This document shows positions 47,782 through 58,100 of a stretch of 64,000 bases of DNA, piece by piece. Origin of the DNA: Candidatus Marinacidobacterium sp. GTDB lineage: Bacteria > Acidobacteriota > Vicinamibacteria > Marinacidobacterales > Marinacidobacteraceae. Both the position numbers and the translations under genes were made by a program. The stretch lies in the NCBI GenBank assembly GCA_965220965.1, contig CBDCRI010000001.1:32001-96000 (forward strand), in the 5' to 3' direction. Every line of letters begins with the position of its first letter. The first letter of the stretch is position 1. The notes beneath the pieces were generated by a model. It saw only the letters and a list, made by a program, of their open reading frames with translations, was not told the DNA's origin and ran no database searches.

Positions 47782-48878
47782 GGGGCCATCGCCTGCGGCT
47801 GGGGGGCGGTCGCCGCGGCGTCCATGCCGAGGCTCAGGGCGTCGCCGATGGGAGCGCCCATGGCGTGGATTGCGGAGAGCAGCTCGCTCGCCCCGTCGCG
47901 CGTCCTCGCGCAGCGCAGGGCGATCGGCGTGGCGAGGAAGTCCTGGGTGCGCCGCAGCCCGGCCAGCGGCGATTGGTGCCAGCGCTCGTCCAACCAGATC
48001 TTTTCGACTTTCGAGGGCGCCTCGCGGACCATCGCCGAGGTCATGTCGCTGTTCGTGCGCGGGCCCGCCGCCACCCGGAAGGCGGGCAGGGCGTGCAGCG
48101 TGACGTCATCGCGGTCGAGCATCTTCTTGAGCCGTCCGTTCCGGCGCTCGGCCGCCTCGCGCAGGGCCTGCGCCGGCGTGGTGCAGAGCCCGGAGTCGCG
48201 GTCGTAGCGGATCCACGCGGAGACGCAGGCATCCCGGCGGTAGCGCCCCTGGAAGACGGGCCTCAGGATCACGCCGCCGTAGCGGCCGCGCACCGAGGCG
48301 CGCTCGAGGAACGTCTGGATGCGCCCGCCGGCGACGAAGTCGGACTTGACCACGACCTTGGCCAGGTCCGGGCGCAGCACCACCGCGGAGAACCGGTAGC
48401 GCTCCCCGTGGCGGGCGGCGCGCCCCGAGGCGGGCGTCCCGTCCGGGCCCGGAGGCGCCGGGTCCGCGTCCTCCGCGCGCCATGCCGAGACGTCGAGGTA
48501 GCCGGTCCCGAACACGGGCAGCGGGTCGAGCTCGTCGCTGCGCAGCACCGACATCCAGCCGGCGCTGACCATCCCCGGCGCCTGCTCCGTGCAGCGCTCG
48601 CACAGCAGCACGCCGCGGGGGGCGGCGGCGCTGTTGTCGGGCGAGGCCAGGCAGGGGTTCTTGGCGCGCCGGCCGGTGTCGGCGAGGCGCTCCACGCTCG
48701 GCAGCTCGCCCTTGCCGCTCGCCACCTGCTTCCTCAGGAGGCCCGGAACCTCCAGCCGCACCGCCACCTGGTTGCCCATCGCGTCGACGCCGAAGGCCTC
48801 CCCGCGGGCGACGTCGTACCCGCGCGGGTAAACGACCAGGGAGCCGATCCTGCGGGGCTCGGCGGCGATCCCGCTCAT
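47778..48878 (-). CDS. Hypothetical protein in the dotA operon
   Basis: 366-aa ORF, translationally coupled on both sides. Confidence 0.7.
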   Translation of the reverse strand: MSGIAAEPRRIGSLVVYPRGYDVARGEAFGVDAMGNQVAVRLEVPGLLRKQVASGKGELPSVERLADTGRRAKNPCLASPDNSAAAPRGVLLCERCTEQAPGMVSAGWMSVLRSDELDPLPVFGTGYLDVSAWRAEDADPAPPGPDGTPASGRAARHGERYRFSAVVLRPDLAKVVVKSDFVAGGRIQTFLERASVRGRYGGVILRPVFQGRYRRDACVSAWIRYDRDSGLCTTPAQALREAAERRNGRLKKMLDRDDVTLHALPAFRVAAGPRTNSDMTSAMVREAPSKVEKIWLDERWHQSPLAGLRRTQDFLATPIALRCARTRDGASELLSAIHAMGAPIGDALSLGMDAAATAPQPQAMAP

Positions 48879-49501
48879 CGGCGCCCCCACCGGTAGCCGG
48901 CCATGCGCGCGTCGATCCAGGCGGAGCACGCGCGGGCGCTCCGCTCCACGGCCTTCGGAAGCAGCTCTCCCATCGCCCAGGCCATCTTCCGCGCCAAGGC
49001 CAGCTGCTTGGGCGAAGGCGGCCTCGGCGCGGCCTTGAAGTCCTCCTCGTGGGCGTCGAGGAACGCCTTGCAGGCGGCCCGGTCGGCCCTCGCCCCCTCG
49101 GGCAGGTCCAGCGACAGGCGGGCGGCGACGCGCTCCGCGAATTCCAGCATCCGCTCGCTCGGGGCGCCGTCGGCGGCGTCCTTGTGCGCCTCGATGAACG
49201 CCCTGCAGGCGTTGCCGTCGGCCTCGGCCCCCTCGGGCAGCGGAACCCCGCTGCGCTCCGCCAGGTCGCGGGCGAAGCCGAGCATCCGCTCGGTGGGCGC
49301 CCAGGGCGCGCCGGAGGCGTCCCCGCCCCGGCGCGCGTCGATGAACGCGGAGCAGGCCCGGGCGCTTAGCAGCGCCTCCTCGGGCAGGTCGGCGCCGGCG
49401 GCCTCGGCGAGGCTGTGGGCGTATGCGAGCTGCCTTTCGCTCGGGGGGCGCGGTTGGTCTTTCTGCGTGCCGTCCATGTCGGGCAACCTTGTGGCCTGCA
49501 T
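48875..49501 (-). CDS. Protein of four PSERQ/M..FA..LA..LP..C.AFID repeats
   Basis: Four repeats of about 45 aa resembling the C-terminal repeats of plasmid topoisomerase III; start may be 49477. Confidence 0.7.
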   Translation of the reverse strand: MQATRLPDMDGTQKDQPRPPSERQLAYAHSLAEAAGADLPEEALLSARACSAFIDARRGGDASGAPWAPTERMLGFARDLAERSGVPLPEGAEADGNACRAFIEAHKDAADGAPSERMLEFAERVAARLSLDLPEGARADRAACKAFLDAHEEDFKAAPRPPSPKQLALARKMAWAMGELLPKAVERSARACSAWIDARMAGYRWGRR

Positions 49502-49554
49502 GGATTCTACAATCCGCGGGGCAATTGGTTCCGCGGCGGGGAGGAGGCTGGCGG

Positions 49555-50010
49555 TCAGTCCCGCCAGGCGGCCAGCACGCGGTCCGCGTAGGCGGCGTTG
49601 CGCGCCGGGGTCCTGGAGTGGTAGGCGCCGATGGCCCACTCCAGGCTCCGGCCGGTCCGGGCCGCCTCCGCCATGCGGCTGGCCAGCACCCAGCCCGCCA
49701 TCGCGGCCCCGAAGCAGATCGAGCGCGTCAGCCGTCCCTCCACCCAGCGCTCGCTGCGGCCGAGCAGCGCCGCGGCCGCCGGCAGGTGCACGGTGTTGAC
49801 CTGCCACGGGCCGAGGTCGGCGCTGCCGTCGCCGTTGACCCAGCCGACGCCGAGCCCGCCGCGCTCCACCCGGCTGATTGCGAGGAGCACGCCCTCGGGC
49901 AGCGCGTAGGCGCGCTCGGCCCGGGCGACGCAGTCGCCGAGGGCGGGAGCGGCGCCGGCCAGCGCGAGGCAGAGCAGGGCGCGGGCGGCCAAGGCGGGCG
50001 GTCGGCCCAC
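49555..50010 (-). CDS. Lytic transglycosylase (IncI PilT/TrbN/VirB1-like)
   Basis: AISRVE, N.DGSADLGPWQVN and AIGAYHSRTP..YA; signal peptide. Confidence 0.9.
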   Translation of the reverse strand: MGRPPALAARALLCLALAGAAPALGDCVARAERAYALPEGVLLAISRVERGGLGVGWVNGDGSADLGPWQVNTVHLPAAAALLGRSERWVEGRLTRSICFGAAMAGWVLASRMAEAARTGRSLEWAIGAYHSRTPARNAAYADRVLAAWRD

Positions 50011-50011
50011 C

Positions 50012-52819
50012 CTAGGCCTTCCCGCCTGCGCCGCCGCCGTCGCCGCCGCCGCCGTCGCCGCCCTCCTCACGGCGTCGGAGCGACTTCATGGCATTGCCGG
50101 TGGTTTTCGCGACCACGCCCCCCGCGGCCGCCAGCACGCCCTGGGTGCTGCCGTCCGAGCCCTGGAAGTCCCCCAGCCGCCGCCCGGCGCCGGTGGCGAA
50201 CCACGCGAGTATGCTGTTCGGCAGGGCCGGCATCACGGAGACGCACCACCGGCAGATCTGGTAGCACAGCCCCACGTACATCACGAAGTACAGCAGGAAG
50301 GCGAGGGCGCTGAACGCCGAGTCGGCCACCAGCTCGTTGACGAAGTTCCAATACAAGTCGTGGAAAAAGGCGAAGACGACGTAGCTTAGCGCCAGGGACG
50401 CCAAGAGGCCGAGGACCAGCAGGCACGGCGAGAGGATGGCGGCGGCGACGATCTGGATGGCGGTCTGCATCTTGGTGCCGCTGATGCCCTCGCCCTCCGG
50501 CGTGCACATCATCACCACCGCGAGCGGCGCCGCCGCCACGCACTCGATGGCCATGAGCGCGTAGCTCGCCACCAGGAAGACCCAGGTGATGAGCGGCAGT
50601 ATCGGGATCAGGTAGGCCAGCACCACGCCCGCGGCCCACAGGGCGGCGGCCGTGGCGCCGATCAGCGTGGCCAGCCACTCAAGGGTGACCGCCACCGCGG
50701 CCGTGACCGCCGAGAATACTTTGGGCATGTCCGTCGCGAAGCGTCCGCCGATCGCGGAGGCCAGGGCCATGGCGTACACGCCGACGCTGACCTCGATGGC
50801 GTTCTCGCCGGTCTCCGCCAGCACGATGAAGGGGTTGGGCGCGTTGGCGCCGTCGTCGGACAGCAGCCGCTGGTCGAAATCAATGTGCCTGGAGTAGCCG
50901 AGCTCGTTGTCGTCGCCGGCCATCATGTACTCCGCCGCCCACTCCGCAAGCCCGGCGGCGTTGAGAAAGTCGCTGGCGCGCCGCTCGCTGCGTGGCTCCG
51001 TAACGTCCCAGGACGCCTGCCCGCCGACGCCCTCGAGGGCGTGGTCGAGGAACCCCAGCGCCCCCTTGACGTCGTTGGCGGAAAGGTTGTTGCAGAAGAC
51101 CTCCAGGAACGTCTTCTTGGCGCGCGTGAGCACGGCCCAGCCCTTTCCCAACCAGCCCTTCTCCTGCTCCGCGCACTCCTGGGCGGCCACCGAGCGTATG
51201 TCCTGCGGCGGGCTCTCGACCTTGAACAGGTCGATGCCGTCCTGGACCGTGCGCGGGATCTGGGAGAGTTCGAAGAAGAAGGATCCGGCGGTGGCCCAGC
51301 CGCGCAGGTCCAGCCCCGCCCGCCAGTTCTCCTGGATGGCGCCGCAGTCCGCGGCCCCGGCGCCTCGGGCCTGGCGCAGGCAGTGCTGCACGGTGCCCTG
51401 TGCCTGGGCAACGTGGCTGCGGCCCTCCTTGTAGACGGCGTGTATCTTCGGCGGCTTGCCCCCGGCCGCCTTGTCCCACTCGTCCTCGGGCTCCTTCGGC
51501 AGCGGCTCCCACACAATGTCTCGGAAGCTCTCCCGCACGCCCGCCAGGACCTCGTCGACCTCTCTGACAAGGGCCGTCCTGGCGGCCGGCTCGATGCCGG
51601 GCGTCCCGTCGCTTTTGCGGTCCGGATCCTCGCCCTTGTGGATCAGGAACGCCTTGCCCAGCCGCTTCTCCCTTTCGTCCCCGAGGGCGTCGACCACGGC
51701 CGGGAGGTCGCGAATCGAGAGAATCGGCTCCACCACCTCGGCGTGCAGCCTAGGCACGGTGGCGAGCAGCGAGCGGTTGGCGTTCGCCTCGGCGCGCCAC
51801 AGGAAGCGCTCCGCCCAGTTGGCGTCGTACTGCTTGTCGGCGAAGGTGGCGTTGCGCACGTTTGCCGCGGGCTGCTGGAGGGGGTGCTCCGACGCCCGGC
51901 TGAGCCCGCCGCAATAGCCGTCCACGAAGATGAGCTCGGTTCCGGCAACGTCCTTGCGGTCAAGGCTCTCGAGCAGCTGGGGGTCGGCGCCGGAGAAGAG
52001 TCGGGCCGCCCGCGTTTGGGCGGGGGCGTTTTGGCCTTTGCCGGCCTGGGCCACGGCGTCCTCGGAGTAGACCGTGGCCGCAAATATCCCATCGAGCCTG
52101 CCCCACCTGTCCTCCTTGGTGGCCACCAGGGGGACGTTGCTGCCCATGCCCTCGGCGGCGCGCGTGCAGGCGATCGCGTAGCTGAGGTTCTTCATGCCGG
52201 CGGTGATCTCGTGCGGCACCCCGGCCTTGGTGCGGATGCCGGAGCCGTCCATGACGCCGTTGAGCACCAGCTGCCACATGGAGGACCCCCCCGCGGAGCC
52301 CAGCATCAGCATCCAGACCACGCCAACTTGCGCCATGCTGAAGATGCCGCCGCCCACCCCGGGCACCGGCGCCAGCAGGGCCAGCGCCACGCCGTTGCGC
52401 AGCGGCAGCCAGACGGTCGAGAACTTGCGGCCGAGCGGCACGCCCTCCGCGGCGGTGGCGATGGTCGAGCTGACCATGGTGGCCATGATGACCACCGCGG
52501 CCAAGGCGTAGGCGATGAGGTTGGTGTAGCCCAGGGCGACGGCCAGCAGGGTTGCGCTGTTGCCCGAGTCGTTGATCCGCTGGCGCTCCTCCTCGGACAC
52601 GTACGGCAGGAACACGAACGGCCCGAACAGGTAGTGGTACATCCAGATGGCGGCGTCGTCCCGCGAGCCGCCCTCCGCCACCGGCTTGCCCAGGTCGGGC
52701 TGCAGCATGGCGAGGATCGAGTCGGGGTCCGCCAGCTGCTGCATGGTCTGCTGCTGGCTCGCGCCGTGGGCCGCGCCGCACAGCGCGGCGAGCAGCAGCA
52801 GGGCGGCCAGCCGCCTCAT
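50012..52819 (-). CDS. dotA: DotA/TraY family protein
   Basis: TIATAAEG.PLG..WLPLR..ALL.P, GWATAGSFF, LAYLIPILP..W..IECVAAAPL..PEGEG and LPNSILAW. Confidence 0.92.
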   Translation of the reverse strand: MRRLAALLLLAALCGAAHGASQQQTMQQLADPDSILAMLQPDLGKPVAEGGSRDDAAIWMYHYLFGPFVFLPYVSEEERQRINDSGNSATLLAVALGYTNLIAYALAAVVIMATMVSSTIATAAEGVPLGRKFSTVWLPLRNGVALALLAPVPGVGGGIFSMAQVGVVWMLMLGSAGGSSMWQLVLNGVMDGSGIRTKAGVPHEITAGMKNLSYAIACTRAAEGMGSNVPLVATKEDRWGRLDGIFAATVYSEDAVAQAGKGQNAPAQTRAARLFSGADPQLLESLDRKDVAGTELIFVDGYCGGLSRASEHPLQQPAANVRNATFADKQYDANWAERFLWRAEANANRSLLATVPRLHAEVVEPILSIRDLPAVVDALGDEREKRLGKAFLIHKGEDPDRKSDGTPGIEPAARTALVREVDEVLAGVRESFRDIVWEPLPKEPEDEWDKAAGGKPPKIHAVYKEGRSHVAQAQGTVQHCLRQARGAGAADCGAIQENWRAGLDLRGWATAGSFFFELSQIPRTVQDGIDLFKVESPPQDIRSVAAQECAEQEKGWLGKGWAVLTRAKKTFLEVFCNNLSANDVKGALGFLDHALEGVGGQASWDVTEPRSERRASDFLNAAGLAEWAAEYMMAGDDNELGYSRHIDFDQRLLSDDGANAPNPFIVLAETGENAIEVSVGVYAMALASAIGGRFATDMPKVFSAVTAAVAVTLEWLATLIGATAAALWAAGVVLAYLIPILPLITWVFLVASYALMAIECVAAAPLAVVMMCTPEGEGISGTKMQTAIQIVAAAILSPCLLVLGLLASLALSYVVFAFFHDLYWNFVNELVADSAFSALAFLLYFVMYVGLCYQICRWCVSVMPALPNSILAWFATGAGRRLGDFQGSDGSTQGVLAAAGGVVAKTTGNAMKSLRRREEGGDGGGGDGGGAGGKA

Positions 52820-53304
52820 GCGGGGAAGCGCCTGGGCAGGCCCTCGGCCGGGGCCTCGGCCACGGCGTCGAGGAAGGCGCCGAAACGGTAGCTGCGCGGC
52901 GCCTGCGGGTCGCCGCGCCGCGCCCAGTAGCGGCGCACCGCCCACATGCGGAAGGCCGTGTTGAGGTACAGGGCCAGGCAGGCGGCCATGCAGGCGACGC
53001 CGCAGAGCAGCGCCAGCACGCTGCCGGCGAGCATCGAGGCGAGGGCCAGCAGCAGCGCCGCGCCCCCCTGCAGGCAGGCGGTCCGCCCGGCGTTGGCGTA
53101 GCGCAGGCGCAGCTCCGGCTCCGCCGGCATTTGCTCGGCGTGGACCGGCACCTCGAAGTCGAGGACCGCGGAGGGGCGCCTGAGGAACGCGGCGACGGCC
53201 AGGCCGCGGCCCTGCAGCGCCTGGCGGACGGCGCCGTAGCTTCGGTGCGCCTCGCGCATCCCCTCGACGGTGCGCCGCGTCTGCTTGAACGGCCGCCACC
53301 TCAC
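52816..53304 (-). CDS. IcmV/TraX-like membrane protein
   Basis: Two TM helices followed by AFRMW; directly upstream of dotA with an ATGA overlap. Confidence 0.6.
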   Translation of the reverse strand: MRWRPFKQTRRTVEGMREAHRSYGAVRQALQGRGLAVAAFLRRPSAVLDFEVPVHAEQMPAEPELRLRYANAGRTACLQGGAALLLALASMLAGSVLALLCGVACMAACLALYLNTAFRMWAVRRYWARRGDPQAPRSYRFGAFLDAVAEAPAEGLPRRFPA

Positions 53305-53326
53305 AGCGCCGACCGCCTCCCGCCGG

Positions 53327-54025
53327 TCACGTCGAGCACAGCATGGTGGAGCCGAACAGCACCGAGACGCCGCAGCCCACGTCGAGCAGGTTGATGAGGA
53401 TCACCGCCCCCAAGATGTGCGTGATGCCCTTCGCCACGGGCCGCTCGAACCCCGGCGGCTTGCTCACCGACCCGGCGTAGCGCCAGCAGTAGATGCCCTT
53501 CAGGAAGAACCAGACGCCGAGCAGGTTCATCAGGATCACCAGGTAGCGGAAGCCGCGCTCGGAGATGAAGCGGCCGAAGTAGCTGCCGGGGGAGGGGTTG
53601 TAGCCGGCGATGCGGGCCTCCACCGCCAGCGGGTGGGTGCCGGGGGGCAGGCTGTAGGCCGTGGGCGCCTGGCTGCCGGAGGAGGTGAGGATCGAGAAGC
53701 TCAAGGTGTCGGCGATCAGCTCGTAGACGAACCACGGGCTGATCAGCAGCACGCCGACCGCCAGGCAGGCCGCAATGTTGGACGCCGGGTAGCTGTGCGG
53801 GCGGTAGTGGTTGGCGCGCAGCCCCTGCACGCCGAGGATGATGAGGAACACGCCGACCGCAATGAACGCCATGAGCAGCAGCCCAACCACCGCGTCCGCG
53901 TTGTCCAGGATCGCGCCAACGTTGACGGTCCGCCCGCTGGCGGCCGCCAGCGCCGGGGCCGGGGCCATGGCCAGGGCGAGCGCCTGCCATCGTCCGGCGC
54001 GCCGCCTAGAGCGGGTTGACTTCAA
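53327..54025 (-). CDS. IcmC/DotE (TraQ)-like membrane protein
   Basis: Four TM helices; LLGVWFFLKG and KGITHILGAVILIN; start uncertain. Confidence 0.7.
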   Translation of the reverse strand: MKSTRSRRRAGRWQALALAMAPAPALAAASGRTVNVGAILDNADAVVGLLLMAFIAVGVFLIILGVQGLRANHYRPHSYPASNIAACLAVGVLLISPWFVYELIADTLSFSILTSSGSQAPTAYSLPPGTHPLAVEARIAGYNPSPGSYFGRFISERGFRYLVILMNLLGVWFFLKGIYCWRYAGSVSKPPGFERPVAKGITHILGAVILINLLDVGCGVSVLFGSTMLCST

Positions 54026-55181
54026 GGGCCAGCAGCGCCGCGGTGAGCGCCTCCATGCGCAGCCTCTGCTCGTGGGCGAGCACGTCGAGGTGCGCCGACA
54101 GCGCATCGAGGGAGGCCTGCTTGCGCAGCACCTGCCAAGGGGAGGTCGGCTCCCCGCCGTTCGAGTTCGAGACCTCCGCCAGCCAGGCCGGCGAGCCCCA
54201 GCGGTTGGCCGAGTACAGGCGCAGGTTGGCGACCAGCGAGCGCTCCTCGCCCGGCGGCACGAGGTGGGCGCGCATCACCTCCATCAGCGAGGTGGCGGCC
54301 AGCTTCTGGATCAGCACCGCCCGCATGTCGCGCGAGGCGTCCGCCAGCGCGTCGGCGCCGGCCAGCGCGGAGGGCGGGGCGAGCAGCGCCGCGGGCGCGC
54401 CCACCAGCAGCTCGACCTGGCGGCGCAGGGCCATCATGTCGAGGTCGTGCTCGTCCGGGCCGGCGCCGGCGCTGGCGGCGCCGTTGGGGTCCTTGTGCGC
54501 GCCCGAGGCCAGCAGCGCCCCGCCGGCGCGGCGCCCGGCGATGAGCATCGAGGACTCCAGGCAGCGCGACTGGCCGCTCGCCGGGTCGAACAGCCCCGCC
54601 CAGCGGGGATCCTGGCCGAGGCACACGGCGGCCAGCCTAGAGGCCGCGTGGCGGTCGGCGGAGGCCTGGTTGCGCGCCAGGTTCTCGACCTCCACCACCT
54701 GCCCGTCGGAGGCGCGCTCCACCCGGATGCGCTCGCCGAAGCGCTCGGTGCGCTCGGCGTGCAGGCGGGCCATCTCGCCGACCGCCGCCTGGCGGCCGCG
54801 CACGGCCTCCTCGCCGGCCACCGCGCGGGCCACCGCCATGCCCAGGCAGGCGTCGGCGTCCGGCGCGGCGCGCTCCGCCCGCTCCAGGTTGTGGCCGGTC
54901 ATGTCGTTCATCTCGGCCAGCGCGGAGGCGCTCATGGCGGACTCCAGCTGCGCGGCGCGCTCCGCCTCGGAGTTGACGCTGGCCACGTCCATCTCCAGCT
55001 CCTGCATCGCCCAGTCGCGCATCGCGAGCACCTTGTCCTGCAACTTCTGCTCCAGCGTCAGCAGCGTGTTCTTGGCGTCGGTCACCGGCACGGTGCCGCT
55101 GGCCGCGGACGCGCCCAGCAGGCCGGCCCCGAGCAGCGCCCCGGCCAGCAGCCCCGAATGGAAGCGGAAGTTTGTCGTCAT
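54006..55181 (-). CDS. IcmX/TraW (VirB5-like) protein
   Basis: Signal peptide, VPVTD, and C-terminal RW.SPAW..V..LR..A..EQRLRMEAL.A. Confidence 0.65.
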   Translation of the reverse strand: MTTNFRFHSGLLAGALLGAGLLGASAASGTVPVTDAKNTLLTLEQKLQDKVLAMRDWAMQELEMDVASVNSEAERAAQLESAMSASALAEMNDMTGHNLERAERAAPDADACLGMAVARAVAGEEAVRGRQAAVGEMARLHAERTERFGERIRVERASDGQVVEVENLARNQASADRHAASRLAAVCLGQDPRWAGLFDPASGQSRCLESSMLIAGRRAGGALLASGAHKDPNGAASAGAGPDEHDLDMMALRRQVELLVGAPAALLAPPSALAGADALADASRDMRAVLIQKLAATSLMEVMRAHLVPPGEERSLVANLRLYSANRWGSPAWLAEVSNSNGGEPTSPWQVLRKQASLDALSAHLDVLAHEQRLRMEALTAALLALEVNPL

Positions 55182-55239
55182 GGCTCCATGCCCCCTTGCC
55201 CGTGGGGCGTGCGCCGCCCCGTCGCGCCGCCGGGCGCGG

Positions 55240-55998
55240 TCAGCACCCGTCGAATGCCGGGCCGCACCGGGAGGGGATGAAGTCCGACACCTCCCGTCCC
55301 GCCCCCGCCAGCCGGCGCTGCGCGGCCCTGCGCGCCGAAAGGCTCGTGTAGGGGCCGGAGTGCACGAAGTGTAGCATCTTCCCGGGGCGGGTCTCCCGCG
55401 GCGTCACCCAGACGCGCGCGCCGACCCGGGCCTCGAGCAGGCCGCGCAGGCGCTCGGCGTTGCCGGGGCTGGCGAACAGGCCGTGCTGCAGCCAGTGCCA
55501 CGGCCGCCCCTCGGGGCCTTCGGCGGCGGCGGGAGCGGCGGGAGGCGCGGGCGGCATCGCCGGACGGGCGGCCTCGCGCACCCGGCCCATGCGCCTCAGG
55601 GTCGCCATCGACGCCTCGCCGCCGGCCACGTCGCGCAGGATGCGCCGGGCCTCGGCCGGGCGCCCGTCGAGCGCGTGGGCGGCCGCCAGCCCGTTCAGGG
55701 CGATGCGCGTCTGGCGCTCGTCGGGGCCGTCGGCGAGCACCTGCCGGAAGGTGTCGCGGGCCGCCGCCGCGCGCAGCGCCCCGAGCTGCGCCCGCCCCAG
55801 CGACAGGCGCACCTCTCGGGCCAGGCGCGGATGCTTCGCCACGGCCGGCGCCAGCGCCGCGTAGGCGTCGGCGGCCGCGGCGTGGCGGCCGGCGACGAGC
55901 AGGGCGTCGGCCGCCGCCAGGCGCTCGGCGACCGGCGCCGCCGCCCAGGCCGCCGCCGCCAGCGACAGCCCGAGCAGGAGGGGCAGGGCGCGCGCCAC
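55240..55998 (-). CDS. Secreted TPR + SPOR domain protein
   Basis: Signal peptide and TPR-like helices; WLQHGLFASPGNAERL..VHSGPY SPOR motif. Confidence 0.75.
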   Translation of the reverse strand: MARALPLLLGLSLAAAAWAAAPVAERLAAADALLVAGRHAAAADAYAALAPAVAKHPRLAREVRLSLGRAQLGALRAAAARDTFRQVLADGPDERQTRIALNGLAAAHALDGRPAEARRILRDVAGGEASMATLRRMGRVREAARPAMPPAPPAAPAAAEGPEGRPWHWLQHGLFASPGNAERLRGLLEARVGARVWVTPRETRPGKMLHFVHSGPYTSLSARRAAQRRLAGAGREVSDFIPSRCGPAFDGC

Positions 55999-55999
55999 C

Positions 56000-56725
56000 T
56001 CAGCCCGCCGCCAGGCTGCGCAGCCGCAGCCGGTCGATCTCGGAGGCGCCGCGGGCGCCGTCCGCGAAGCCGCCGGCGTCGCAGATCGGGTCCAGGAAGC
56101 GGTCCGCCAGCGCCAGCCACTCGCCGGGCGCGAGGTCGGCCGGCGCCGCCTCGGCGAACCAGAAGCCGGCGGCCCCCTCGGCCGCCCAGCGCGCCGGCAC
56201 CAGGAAGGCGTGGTAGGGAGTCTCGGCGGCCGGGGCGCGCACCGCCCCGTTGGGCGCCAGCGCGTCGAAGGCGCGCACCCGGAAGCCGACCGCCCGCGCC
56301 GCCTCGCCCTCCTCCAGCGCGTCCGGGTCGACGATGCCGCGCCTGGCCGAGACCACCACGGACGGCTCGCCGCCGGCGCCGAGCACGGTGGCGACGCCGC
56401 CCGCGGGGGCGCCGCGCGGCATCGCCCGCAACGCCTCGGGGGTGACCTCCGGCGCCTCGCAGAGGGCGAACAGCACCACGTTGCGGCGCGCCACCAGGGC
56501 GATGCCGACGGCGTGGGCCCCGGCCGGGCCCTCGGCCACCGCGCCCGCCACGCGGGCGCCGTCCCAAGCCACCAAGGTCTCCGCGCCCGGGCCGCAGAGC
56601 GGGGGGCCGGGCAGCCAGCGGCGGTCGCCGTTGGCGAAGCGGACCACCGGCTCGCGGCCGCGCACCACGCCCAGGCGCAGCCCGCCCAAGGGGGCGTCAG
56701 AGCCGTTCGAGCAGCCCCTCGACAT
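56000..56725 (-). CDS. Hypothetical protein
   Basis: In-operon ORF; start uncertain. Confidence 0.55.
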   Translation of the reverse strand: MSRGCSNGSDAPLGGLRLGVVRGREPVVRFANGDRRWLPGPPLCGPGAETLVAWDGARVAGAVAEGPAGAHAVGIALVARRNVVLFALCEAPEVTPEALRAMPRGAPAGGVATVLGAGGEPSVVVSARRGIVDPDALEEGEAARAVGFRVRAFDALAPNGAVRAPAAETPYHAFLVPARWAAEGAAGFWFAEAAPADLAPGEWLALADRFLDPICDAGGFADGARGASEIDRLRLRSLAAG

Positions 56726-58100
56726 CCCGGTACCCCTGGAAGACGCGCCCGGCGCCGGACACGAAGGTGGGCGTGGAGCGCACGCCCATGGACTCGGCCA
56801 CCGCGGACGGCGCCTCCAGCATGAGGTCCATGACCTCGGCCGCCTCGCCCTCCGGCGCGCAGTCCGCCGCCGGCAGGCCCTCGCCCGCGTAGAGCCGGTC
56901 GAGCCGGCCGGCGGCGTCCTCGGCGCACCACACGGAGCGCATGGCGGCGCGCCAGGCGCGGACGGCCGGGCCGTCGGGGCCGCCCTTGCGCAGCGCCTGC
57001 CACGGCAGCACCGCGTAGTGCATCGAGACCCCGGCCGCCTGGATGGCGGCCCGGTCCTCGTGCAGGCGCCGGCAGTGGGGGCAGTCGGGGTCGGTGAACA
57101 CCACCACCCGCGCCCGCTCCGCCCCCGTCGCCGGATAGACGATCTGCCACGGCGAGCCGAACATCAGCTCCTCCGGGAAGCCGCCCTCCGCGGCCGCCTC
57201 GGGCCGGGCGGTCAGCGCCGCCGCCACCTCCGCCCGGTGCGCAGCCTCCGCCGCCCAGCTGGCGATCAGGTCGCGGCCGTCGAGCAGCAGCCGCTCGGGC
57301 GCCCGGACCACCACCCGGCCGCCGGGGCTGACGACGCCGAAGGCGCCGTCGGGGAAGGCCAGCCCGGTCCAGCCGCCGCCGCCGTCGATGGGAATCGGGC
57401 GCCCGTCCGGGAGCGGCAGGGGCGCGGCCGGGTCGGGCGCAGCGCCCGGCGCCGCCGGCGGCGTCCCGGGGCCGTCGCCGCGCGCCAGGCCGGCGAGCCC
57501 CTCCAGGCCCCGGCACGGGTCCGAGAACGCGGCGGCCAGCCGGCCGATGCGCGCCGTGTCGGCGCGGTGCAGGCGCAGGTGGTCGAGCTCGAAGGCCAGC
57601 CGGCCGTCGCCGGACGCCGCCTCCACGCCCCGGTCCACGACCGACTCCGGGCCGGCGGCGAGCAGTCCGGGGCCGCGCGCGAGCAGGGCGCTGGCGGTGC
57701 CGTCCGGCGCCCACCAGGTGGCGAGCCAGGCGTCGCCGCCGTCGATGCGGACCTCGCTGACGCGCGCCAGGCGCCCGCCGCCGGCCAGCCACTGCGCCTG
57801 GCCCCAGTCCGCCAAGGCGGCGCCGAAGCGGTCGCGCAGGGCGCCCGCCCGGCCCCCCTCGCGCACCTCCTCCGACCACGCGCCCGGCGGCGCCTCGCAG
57901 CCGGCGGGCAGCGGCGCCACCACCGTCTCGCGGCCGCCGTCGCCGTGCATGACCAGCCACGCCGGCTCGTTCAGGGCGGCGATGAGCCGCGGCGCGCCCG
58001 TCCACGCGCCCCCCAGGGCCAGGCCCAGGGCGCAGGCGACGGCGGCGATGCCGACGATCGGCGGCAGCGCGGCGACCGACCTGCGCAGGGCGCCGGTCAC
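56697..58100 (-). CDS. dsbC: DsbC-like thiol:disulfide isomerase
   Basis: VFTDPDCPHCRRLH, SVWCA and GVRSTPT motifs, with a long N-terminal extension. Confidence 0.85.
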   Translation of the reverse strand: MTGALRRSVAALPPIVGIAAVACALGLALGGAWTGAPRLIAALNEPAWLVMHGDGGRETVVAPLPAGCEAPPGAWSEEVREGGRAGALRDRFGAALADWGQAQWLAGGGRLARVSEVRIDGGDAWLATWWAPDGTASALLARGPGLLAAGPESVVDRGVEAASGDGRLAFELDHLRLHRADTARIGRLAAAFSDPCRGLEGLAGLARGDGPGTPPAAPGAAPDPAAPLPLPDGRPIPIDGGGGWTGLAFPDGAFGVVSPGGRVVVRAPERLLLDGRDLIASWAAEAAHRAEVAAALTARPEAAAEGGFPEELMFGSPWQIVYPATGAERARVVVFTDPDCPHCRRLHEDRAAIQAAGVSMHYAVLPWQALRKGGPDGPAVRAWRAAMRSVWCAEDAAGRLDRLYAGEGLPAADCAPEGEAAEVMDLMLEAPSAVAESMGVRSTPTFVSGAGRVFQGYRDVEGLLERL

